From positions 307,768,001 to 307,832,000 of the forward strand of contig NC_091284.1 in assembly GCF_032444005.1 (NCBI RefSeq): a stretch of DNA of 64,000 nucleotides, written 5' to 3'. Below the pieces are notes generated by a model that saw only the letters and a list, made by a program, of their open reading frames with translations, had not been told where the DNA came from and did not search any database. This document shows, piece after piece, positions 46,413 to 56,465 of the stretch (positions are counted from its first letter, which is position 1; the number at the start of each line of letters is the position of its first letter). The stretch is from Ranitomeya imitator. Its lineage: Eukaryota. The position numbers and the translations under genes were made by a program.

Positions 46413-49400
46413 GCTCTTCTCTACCCTGCTGCAGTTCATGTGTATACATAGAGAGAGACCGGACTAGTCTGATGTGGTCAATGGCTAGCTCTTCTCTGCC
46501 CTACTCCAGTTCATGTATGTACATAGGGAGAGACCTGGCTAGTCTGATGCGGTCACCGGCCAGTTCTTCTCTGTCCTGCTCCTGTCCATGTATGTACATA
46601 GGGAGACCTGACTAGTCTGATGTGGTCAACGGCCAGCTCTTCTCTGCCCTACTCCAGTTCATGTATGTACATAGGGAGAGACCTGGCTAGTCTGATGCGG
46701 TCACCGGCCAGTTCTTCTGTCCTGCTCCAGTCCATGTATGTACATAGGGAGAGACCTGGCTAGTCTGATGCGGTCACAGGCCAGTTCTTCTCTGTCCTGC
46801 TCCAGTCCATGTATGTACATAGGGAGAAACCTGACTGTACATAGGGAGAGACCTGGCTAGTCTGATGCGGTCACCGGCCAGTTCTTCTCTGTCCTGCTCC
46901 AGTCCATGTATGTCCATAGGGAGAGACCTGACTAGTCTGATGCGGTCACCGGCCAGTTCTTCTCTGCCCTGCTCCAGTCCATGTATGTACATAGGGAGAG
47001 ACCTGGCTAGTCTAATGCGGTTACCGGCCAGTTCTTCTCTGCCCTGCTCCAGTCCATGTATGTACATAGGGAGAGACCTGGCTAGTCTGATGCGGTCACC
47101 GGCCAGTTCTTCTCTGCCCTGCTCCAGTCCATGTATGTACATAGGGAGAGACCTGGCTAGTCTGATGCGGTCACCGGCCAGTTCTTCTCTGCCCTGCTCC
47201 AGTCCATGTATGTACATAGGGAGAGACCTGGCTAGTCTGATGCGGTCACCGGCCAGTTCTTCTCTGTCCTGCTCCAGTCCATGTATGTACATAGGGAGAG
47301 ACCTGGCTAGTCTGATGTGGTCACCGGCCAGTTCTTCTCTGCCCTGCTCCAGTCCATGTATGTACATAGGGAGAGACCTGGCTAGTCTAATGCGGTCACC
47401 GGCCAGTTCTTCTGTCCTGCTCCTGTCCATGTACTGTATGTACATAGGGAGAGACCTGACTGTACATAGGGAGAGACCTGGCTAGTCTGATGCGGTCACT
47501 GGCCGGTTCTTCTCTGTCCTGCTCCAGTCCATGTATGTACATAGGGAGAGACCTGACTAGTCTGATGCGGTCACCGGCCAGTTCTTCTCTGCCCTGCTCC
47601 AGTTCATGTATGTACATAGGGAGAGACCTGGCTAGTCTAATGCGGTTACCGGCCAGTTCTTCTCTGCCCTGCTCCAGTCCATTTATGTACATAGGGAGAG
47701 ACCTGCTAATCCACTGGATCAGGGAGAGGGTAATCCGGCCTGAGACGGCATCAGACTAATCAGGTCTCTCTCTATGGTGTCCGCCCGGCTTTTCAAACTG
47801 TTTTCTTTGAAACAAGTTCTGTACTTCAGAGTGAAACCTACATGGCTGCATTTGCTCAGCCAGGCTCTGATTTATAGTGCCCGTGGTTCTGGGCAGCATG
47901 AGCCTAATGACAAGTTGCCTTTAAGAGTCACATGGTGACTGCTTTTCACATTTTATTCAAGACGTGTTGCTTTTGCTTTCTTTTTATCAGAGAGCTTTGA
48001 TGCTTATTAGATTAGACATGATGTTTTTTAAATGGTATTCTAAAGATTGTAATATATGTCCAGTGATATATGGTCCACATATGATATATGGTCCATGTCA
48101 TCAATACATGTCTGGTTTTATTATTATTTTTGCACATGGGTTGAAAATCTGAGTTTTGCCGCAGATATTGTGTGCCCCACACAGGGTAATACTCCTTCTG
48201 TATTGTAGACTACTAAGTCTGAACACTTACTGCTTTCATTAGAGTGCTGTCTGTAAGGCTGGGGTAATTCAAGCGTCTAAAAAAAATTGGAGCCCGGGTC
48301 CAGAAGGACAAGTGCTACCTGCTGTAATGTGCGCTCCCCGCTCGCAGTTCTGCGCCTGCTTCTAATCTCGTGGTGGTGTCTCAGTCTGGCAGAGCTCACC
48401 ATGTCGTACTTACCTGAGAAATGTGCAATTATTTGTTCCTGTATCAAACATGAGTTAGCAGCCTGTCTACAGCCATCTTGTCGCATGCATGCATTCATAG
48501 CTAGACACTTACACATACTGTACATACTCATCAGCCCCCACTGAGAACACACAGGAGGGCTGAGACATTGCAAAAAGAGCACCTAATAAATGGCGGCAAA
48601 GACATACAGGTTTTCTATATCCTTGTATACACTCTTACTTTTTGACATAGTGTTAAAATCAGCATTTCTGTTCTGAACACTTTGTATTGTGCAGTTGTGG
48701 CTAAATGTGGAAATAAGTAATTAAGCATCTTGGCGTAAAAACAGTTAATTGGCTGAACACTAAAAACAAGTCCTATATTGGTGCCTATTCCAACCACTCC
48801 CTATGTGTTTAGGCCTATTAATAGGATGTGTAGGTTAAATAGCACCTTTATCATGGGCTGCTTCTAATAGCCATTCAATGTATTGTTAAACACATCCTTA
48901 TCTGCACCGTGCACATTTATGATGTAACAATGAGCATCCGCTCACTACACAAACACAGATAACAGCCTGAACCCAAGCAACCCTCAGATAGAAGACTGTT
49001 CTGCGCCATCTCATTAAATCGCTGTGGATAGGTCATCATTACACAACCACTTATTGTGCATATATAGTCAGCATACTTTTACATCATCCTGTTCATTACT
49101 GATGCTCACATTAGCCAGATCCATAGCACGGAGGCATTGTGCAGTGTTGGGCTGAATTAGGATGTTCTTTCCCTGGGGTTGTGTTTCTAGTCTAGTCCTG
49201 TTGAGTGCACAGGAGCTCTCCATGTCTGCTGTGAAATTGTGTCTGTTGATCCTTCTATGAATGGTAAAAATTCTTCACAGTCCACACCCCAATGACTTCA
49301 TTCCTGCTGTCTGAGACATGCAGGGTCTTAATAAGGTGCATGCAGAACAAGGATTAACAAGACTCTAAGCAGTATGATGCTACAGTAACGCTTGGTGTTG

Positions 49401-49730
49401 TTTAATCCTTTGTGGTGACTGATTTCAGATTTTTTTAATACTTAAATTAAATCTGTGTGTTGTGCTGCTTCATTTAATGTATGATTTATAAAATAATGTT
49501 CCCCTTAAGTCTAGGATCTGTGTTGTATCCATACAGCTCAGTTATAAAGGCCAACAATATGCTCACACTGAAATAATATGCAACATACTGATGGGCTGCG
49601 GAAAATTCCTCATATCGAGATCTTAGAAATGTGATGGGAGCAAGCAATCCGTGACCCATATCCCATATGCAACCAACACTCTGCTCTGCCAGTTGGCAAG
49701 ATATATATATAATATGATATATATATATAT

Positions 49731-50957
49731 ACGAGCAGGTTGCAGGATGCAGTGACGGACAGGAGGCAGAGCATGCAAGGGTTAACAAGTATAACAGTTT
49801 TAATGTAACAGGGGGTTAACTCCAAGCAGGGAGGTGCAGGGTTAAACAGGGGATTAAACAGTTCAAACCGCAAAAAGGATATGCAGAGTTCAAGAATAAA
49901 CAATCAGGTAAAGGCGATTCCAGTGAATACAGTAGTCACTCAAATGATGAAGTCCATAGTGCCCACAATGGCAGGTGCAGGGTTTTTTCTAATGAGCTCA
50001 TGTAGACAACAATGCCTCATCTACTGGCGGTAGCGGTCGGTCTCTGGTATCTTCCACTGAGCCTAGTCCATATGCTGAAGTTGCTGACAAGGGTGTGGGC
50101 CACAGTCCTGTACGAACCCAACGTGGCTCTGCAAATATACACTGGCAAAGTCAGGGTCTCCCATGAGCGGGAAAGAATGAGCTGGTAAGGTGGGTTACGG
50201 AAGTCTATCCAGTACTCAGTTCTCTCTCTGCGGCACGTGCGCTGTACTCACGGTCATGAAGCACACGGCACACCGCTCTCTAGGCGCATTGCACTCTCCT
50301 CTCTTTGCTGCGCGCTGCCTGCTCCTGCCAAGACTGAGGCGCTGATAACCACTGGCGCGCTGCTTCTCCGGTGGGGTACTGCACCTGACCTCTCTCTGGC
50401 AGCAAGCACACAGTACTCACTAGCCTGGAACGTTCAACACCTCGCTCCGTGGTGACCAAGGGGCACCCTGCACGTCTCTCCTCACAGTCTCTGTCAGCTG
50501 TGACAGCGGTGCTTGGGCGTGGGCCTGTGCTGTACGGATTTTCTGGGACCAAAGCACTCACTGGTCCCTGTTGCTGAACACATAGCTTCCCTGTGCACAG
50601 CAGTCCCTCTCTCTATGGATTTCTGCAGCACTCCCGGCCTTTCTCTTTCTCTGGTGCGGCCCCTTTGCAGTAGAGGGGGCTGCCGCAGCGCCGGTCCTCC
50701 GTGGGGAAACAGGAAGCAGAGTGCACCGCTCACCTCTCTGCGTGCTGCCCTGGGTTGGCGCCAGACTGCTCTACTGTGTGCACTTTCCCCTTTTATAATT
50801 CCCCCTCAATCAGGAGGAAGATCTGCCTCACTCCAGCTTCCCCAGGCAAACAAGGAAGATCCGTCTCACTAAAGCTTCCCCCTGGGAACAGGGAATGCAG
50901 CCTTTTCAGTTCTGGACTCGGCACGCAGGTACCCGCGGTGCTGTCATCCCCCTTACA
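49731..50957 (-). mobile_element. Probable solo LTR (~1.2 kb) flanked by TA-rich sequence
   Basis: Minus strand starts TGTAAGGGGG, has TATAAAAGGGG near 50790 and ATTAAA near 49800; far end lacks a perfect CA. Confidence 0.55.
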
Positions 50958-50965
50958 TACATATA

Positions 50966-52573
50966 CAGTGAGGCAAAAAAGTATTTAGTCAGTCAGCAAT
51001 AGTGCAAGTTCCACTACTTAAAAAGATGAGAGGCGTCTATAATTTACATCATAGGTAGACCTCAACTATGGGAGACAAACTGAGAAAAAAAAATCCAGAA
51101 AATCACATTGTCTGTTTTTTTTTATCATTTTATTTGCATATTATGGTGGAAAATAAGTATTTGGTCAGAAACAAACAGTCAAGATTTCTGGCTCTCACAG
51201 ACCTGTAACTTCTTCTTTAAGAGTCTCCTCTTTCCTCCACTCATTACCCGTAGTAATGGCACCTGTTTAAACTTGTTATCAGTATAAAAAGACACCTGTG
51301 CACACCCTCCAACAGTCTGACTCCAAACTCCACTATGGTGAAGACCAAAGAGCTGTCAAAGGACACCAGAAACAAAATTGTAGCCCTGCACCAGGCTGGG
51401 AAGACCGAATCTGCAATAGCCAACCAGCTTGGAGTGAAGAAATCAACAGTGGGAGCAATAATTAGAAAATGGAAGACATACAAGACCACTGATAATCTCC
51501 CTCGATCTGGGGCTCCACGCAAAATCCCACCCCGTGGGGTCAGAATGATCACAAGAACGGTGAGCAAAAATCCCAGAACCACGCGGGGGGACCTAGTGAA
51601 TGAACTGCAGAGAGCTGGGACCAATGTAACAAGGCCTACCATAAGTAACACACTACGCCACCATGGACTCAGATCCTGCAGTGCCAGACGTGTCCCATTG
51701 CTTAAGCCAGTACATGTCCGGGCCCATCTGAAGTTTGCTAGAGAGCATTTGGATGATCCAGAGGAGTTTTGGGAGAGTGTCCTATGGTCTGATGAAACCA
51801 AACTGGAACTGTTTGGTAGAAACACAACTTGTCGTGTTTGGAGGAAAAAGAATACTGAGTTGAATCCTTCAAACACCATACCTACTGTAAAGCATGGTGG
51901 TGGAAACATCATGCTTTGGGGCTGTTTCTCTGCAAAGGGGCCAGGACGACTGATCCGGGTACATGAAAGAATGAATGGGGCCATGTATCGTGAGATTTTG
52001 AGTGCAAACCTCCTTCCATCAGCAAGGGCATTGAAGATGAAACGTGGCTGGGTCTTTCAACATGACAATGATCCAAAGCACACCGCCAGGGCAACGAAGG
52101 AGTGGCTTCGTAAGAAGCATTTCAAGGTCCTGGAGTGGCCTAGCCAGTCTCCAGATCTCAACCCTTTAGAAAACCTTTGGAGGGAGTTGAAAGTCCGTGT
52201 TGCCAAGCGAAAAGCCAAAAACATCACTGCTCTAGAGGAGATCTGCATGGAGGAATGGGCCAACATACCAACAACAGTGTGTGGCAACCTTGTGAAGACT
52301 TACAGAAAACGTTTGACCTCTGTCATTGCCAACAAAGGATATATTACAAAGTATTGAGATGAAATTTTGTTTCTGACCAAATACTTATTTTCCACCATAA
52401 TATGCAAATAAAATGTTAAAAAAACAGACAATGTGATTTTCTGGATTTTTTTTTCTCAGTTTGTCTCCCATAGTTGAGGTCTACCTATGATGTAAATTAC
52501 AGACGCCTCTCATCTTTTTAAGTGGTGGAACTTGCACTATTGCTGACTGACTAAATACTTTTTTGCCCCACTG
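50966..52573 (+). mobile_element. Full-length Tc1-like transposon (1608 bp) with ~210-bp near-identical TIRs
   Basis: TA TSD on both sides; TIR CAGTG(A/G)GGCAAAAAAGTATTTAGTCAG. Confidence 0.97.
51335..52357 (+). CDS. Intact Tc1 transposase, 340 aa, DD34E
   Basis: HTH region with GAPRK, WSDE, HDND-34 aa-PLEN; no stops or frameshifts. Confidence 0.95.
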   Translation: MVKTKELSKDTRNKIVALHQAGKTESAIANQLGVKKSTVGAIIRKWKTYKTTDNLPRSGAPRKIPPRGVRMITRTVSKNPRTTRGDLVNELQRAGTNVTRPTISNTLRHHGLRSCSARRVPLLKPVHVRAHLKFAREHLDDPEEFWESVLWSDETKLELFGRNTTCRVWRKKNTELNPSNTIPTVKHGGGNIMLWGCFSAKGPGRLIRVHERMNGAMYREILSANLLPSARALKMKRGWVFQHDNDPKHTARATKEWLRKKHFKVLEWPSQSPDLNPLENLWRELKVRVAKRKAKNITALEEICMEEWANIPTTVCGNLVKTYRKRLTSVIANKGYITKY

Positions 52574-53365
52574 TATATTCCTAATTCATAGAACCAGCAT
52601 CCATACACTTTAGGTGTGAGCTATACTTTAGGACATTCACCTTTCTGGAGAAGTGAAAAGGGTGCAATTGGGATGTGGAAATAGGTCCCAAAACACCTGT
52701 ACTCCAAATATAAGTAGTACAGATCCTATTGACATATACAATATATCCCACTGTAGTGCTATGCTTAGGCCGGTGTCACACTAGAGAGGAATATGGACGA
52801 GTGCTATGCGAGAAAAAAAAAAAAAATCGCATAGCATTCGGACCAATGTTAATTTATGGGGCAGCTCCCATCAACTTTCTTTTTCCCACACTCAAGAGTT
52901 CACCGCGGGTCAGGCTGGGAGGCTGCGCTGACTTCACTGACGCTGACAGCTTCTCATTCATTCCTCAGTGGTTTACAGCCAGGGCAGTAGCATTAGCACC
53001 GCTCCCGGTTGTAAACTATTTAACCCCCAGATATGGATTACGCTGTGGGACTCAGCGGTATATGGTATATTGTTGGTTTTTATATTTTACTTATTACAGG
53101 AGATCAAGGGCATCGTTTGGATTACTTTTTTTATGCCTGTGTGTGTGTTGATTTAACCCTTTACAAACTTTAGGATTAGTAATGGATAGGGGTCTTATTG
53201 ACACCTCTCCATTACTAATGGGCTTAATGTTACCTTACAATACAAAGGTGACGTTAACCCCTTATTAACCCTTATGCCACCGCCACAGGGCAGTGGGAAG
53301 AGAGAATAAGTGCCATAATTGGCGCATCTTACACATGCGCATTTTCTGGGGTGGCTGGGGGCATA

Positions 53366-55017
53366 CTGTTAGGGCCAGAAATATTTGGACAGTGACACAA
53401 TTTTCGCGAGTTGGGCTCTGCATGCCACCACATTGGATTTGAAATGAAACCTCTACAACAGAATTCAAGTGCAGATTGTAACGTTTAATTTGAAGGGTTG
53501 AACAAAAATATCTGATAGAAAATGTAGGAATTGTACACATTTCTTTACAAACACTCCACATTTTAGGAGGTCAAAAGTAATTGGACAAATAAACATAACC
53601 CAAACAAAATATTTTTATTTTCAATATTTTGTTGCAAATCCTTTGGGGGCAATCACTGCTTTAAGTCTGGAACCCATGGACATCACCAAACGCTGGGTTT
53701 CCTCCTTCTTAATGCTTTGCCAGGCCTTTACAGCCGCAGCCTTCAGGTCTTGCTTGTTTGTGGGTCTTTCTGTCTTAAGTCTGGATTTGAGCAAGTGAAA
53801 TGCATGCTCAATTGGGTTTAGATCTGGAGATTGACTTGGCCATTGCAGAATGTTCCACTTTTTGGCACTCATGAACTCCTGGGTAGCTTTGGCTGTATGC
53901 TTGGGGTCATTGTCCATCTGTACTATGAAGCGCCGTCCAATCAACTTTGCAGCATTTGGCTGAATCTGGGCTGAAAGTATATCCCGGTACACTTCAGAAT
54001 TCATCCGGCTACTCTTGTCTGCTCTTATGTCATCAATAAACACAAGTGACCCAGTGCCATTGAAAGCCATGCATGCCCATGCCATCACGTTGCCTCCACC
54101 ATGTTTTACAGAGGATGTGGTGTGCCTTGGATCATGTGCCGTTCCCTTTCTTCTCCAAACTTTTTTCTTCCCATCATTCTGGTACAGGTTGATCTTTGTC
54201 TCATCTGTCCATAGAATACTTTTCCAGAACTGAGCTGGCTTCTTGAGGTGTTTTTCTGCAAATTTAACTCTGGCCTGTCTATTTTTGGTATTGATGAATT
54301 GTTTGCATCTAGATGTGAACCCTTTGTATTTACTGTCATGGAGTCTTCTCTTTACTGTTGACTTAGAGACAGATACACCTACTTCACTGAGAGTGTTCTG
54401 GACTTCAGTTGATGTTGTGAACGGGTTCTTCTTCACCAAATTAAGTATGCGGCGATCATCCACCACTGTTGTCATCCGTGGACGCCCAGGCCTTTTTGAG
54501 TTCCCAAGCTCACCAGTCAATTCCTTTTTTCTCAGAATGTACCCAACTGTTGATTTTGCTACTCCAAGCATGTCTGCTATCTCTCTGATGGATTTTTTCT
54601 TTTTTTTCAGCCTCAGGATGTTCTGCTTCACCTCAATTGAGAGTTCCTTTGACCGCATGTTGTCTGCTCACAGCAACAACTTCCAAATGCAAAACCACAC
54701 ACCTGGAATCCACCCCTGACCTTTTAACTACTTCATTGATTACAGGTTAACGAGGGAGACGCCTTCAGAGTTAATTGCAGCCCTTAGAGTCCATTGTCCA
54801 ATTACTTTTGGTCCCTTGAAAAAGAGGACGCTATGCATTACAGAGCTATGATTCCTAAACCCTTTCTCCGATTTGGATGTGGAAACTATCATATTGCAGC
54901 TGGGAGTGTGCACTTTCAGCCCATATTATATATATAATTGTATTTCTGAACATGTTTTTGTAAACAGCTAAAATAACAAAACTTGTGTCACTGTCCAAAT
55001 ATTTCTGGCCCTAACTG
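53366..55017 (-). mobile_element. Full-length Tc1-like transposon (1652 bp), short ~35-bp TIRs
   Basis: TA TSD; TIR C(A/T)GTTAGGGCCAGAAATATTTGGACAGTGACACAA, with one mismatch at terminal position 2. Confidence 0.96.
53621..54658 (-). CDS. Intact-frame Tc1 transposase, 345 aa, DD34E
   Basis: GRPR, WTDE, MDND-34 aa-PIEH; no stops. Confidence 0.93.
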   Translation of the reverse strand: MRSKELSIEVKQNILRLKKKKKSIREIADMLGVAKSTVGYILRKKELTGELGNSKRPGRPRMTTVVDDRRILNLVKKNPFTTSTEVQNTLSEVGVSVSKSTVKRRLHDSKYKGFTSRCKQFINTKNRQARVKFAEKHLKKPAQFWKSILWTDETKINLYQNDGKKKVWRRKGTAHDPRHTTSSVKHGGGNVMAWACMAFNGTGSLVFIDDIRADKSSRMNSEVYRDILSAQIQPNAAKLIGRRFIVQMDNDPKHTAKATQEFMSAKKWNILQWPSQSPDLNPIEHAFHLLKSRLKTERPTNKQDLKAAAVKAWQSIKKEETQRLVMSMGSRLKAVIAPKGFATKY

Positions 55018-55378
55018 TATGTTTTTAGCTGGAGGGGGGCAATAACCATGGTCCCTCTCTAGGCTCTTAATATCTGCCCTCAGTCACTGGCTTTCCCTCT
55101 CTGGTGCAGAAAATTGCGCAGGAGCTCACGCCATTTTTTTCCGTGAAAACATTATTTTATTAAATACATACAGGTCCCAAATTTTACACACACATACTAC
55201 TAACAGTAGTATCCACTGACATATAAATCTAACTGTTCTGCGATGGTTTACTGTATGTAAACCATGTCTCCTATCTTGTCGGCTTCTGGAATGATTTCAC
55301 AGAAGCCGACAAATGAATTATCGGCTATTCTGCTACAGGTGCATCTCACAAATTGTGTTCCCTTTATTTTTTTGAGCA

Positions 55379-55419
<41 letters not shown>

Positions 55420-55716
55420 ATCTGCCGTTTTTTAATCTCTCACTCGCATTGCAAATGGATTACATACGAATCACTGTTCGGGGAACATTTGTGCGATTCT
55501 CGGCCGTCAAAATCGGACTGTTTTTTTATACGTTAAGTGTGACTCCAGCCTTAGAGGGAATCTGTCAGCAATATCCAATGATGTATTATTTAATGGGTGC
55601 AACCATTCTGACACACAGGGTTTTTTACATTTAGCATGAAGCAGAGCTCAAAAGCTAACCCTGCCCACACCAGGCTCTGTATGTACAATGTCTATAGACA
55701 CAAAGTGACTGTTTAA

Positions 55717-55808
55717 AGGGACACTGTCACCTGAATTTGGAGGGAACAATCTTCAGCCATGGAGGCGGGGTTTTTGGGTGTTTGATTCACCCTTTCCTTA
55801 CCCGCTGG
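55717..55808. mobile_element. Left arm of a Kolobok/T2-type MITE cut by the hAT insertion
   Basis: TTAA|AGGGACACTGTCACC...; near-identical to 57313 onward. Confidence 0.85.
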
Positions 55809-56465
55809 CAGGGTGGATAAAAATCAATGTTTTTTTAAAAAAAATAAATAAAAAAAATCGGATTTTTTTTATTTAAATCGGATTTTTTTGATTTAAATCG
55901 GATTTTTTTCAATAAACTGTTTTGAGGAAAATATTTTACCATCCAAAGGTTCTTCCATCATGAGATAAAGCTGAGTTGTTTAACTCAGTAGAATAAAGGC
56001 TGTATATGTGTAACATTCACAATGCCATGCTCTTCCAGAGGTTTCTGTAGGATTAGTGGGCAGTTTCTCTCCTATATTATCACAGACGCTCGCTTTACTT
56101 ACGCAGTTCTCAAAACTGAATTTGACTCCGCAGAGGTCCCAGCCTCTTCTTCACGGCAAAAATGTTACAATATGAACAGAGTTGAGAAAAAGACCTTAAT
56201 CCTATTGTTCTACAAACCTATGAATACAGAATCAACCCCTTCAGTGCCAAGTCCAAGAAGTTAGACAATGTTTCTGATTGTTTGGAGTGGAATAGATCTG
56301 CACAACACAAGAAGAATGTGAATCTAAGTGTGAGGAGGAAGAAGGGCAAGCAGACAAGAAAATGAAAGTGAAACTTTGAGCACAATACTGCAGCATAGCC
56401 ACAGACAGACAAGTCTGGATCTGTTTGTGTGTACGATCTGAGGTTTATTACATTCTTTCCTTATA

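Larger units (their letters stand above)
43030..47700. repeat. 75-bp minisatellite/VNTR array interrupted by a Tc1 and a fold-back insert
   Basis: Unit ATGTATGTACATAGGGAGAGACCTGGCTAGTCTGATGCGGTCACCGGCCAGTTCTTCTCTGCCCTGCTCCAGTCC; blocks ~43030-43170, 44802-45020, 46410-47700; period 75 gives the 25-aa repeats in the ORF track. Confidence 0.95.
52768..55550. mobile_element. Harbinger-type non-autonomous element hosting a Tc1
   Basis: TIR GGC(C/T)GG(T/A)GTCACACT; TSD TTA; internal module shared in reverse with ~24750-24950. Confidence 0.75.

Noticed and set aside
43030-47700. Regularly spaced repeats (also 21570-22250) as a possible CRISPR array
   Set aside because: Head-to-tail tandem units with no unique spacers, no cas genes, and a vertebrate intron context
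46774-47759. ORFs of 223 and 206 aa with perfect 25-aa repeats
   Set aside because: A 75-bp unit that lacks stops in some frames is open by arithmetic; intronic VNTR, not a gene
48405-48420. TACTTACCTG resembling the U1 snRNA 5' end (similar motifs in several MITEs)
   Set aside because: Only ~10 nt match with no U1 body; it is the reverse complement of a donor-like motif common in these repeats
51244-51984. 246-aa antisense ORF (and 54243-54719, 158 aa)
   Set aside because: Shadow frames opposite Tc1 transposase ORFs
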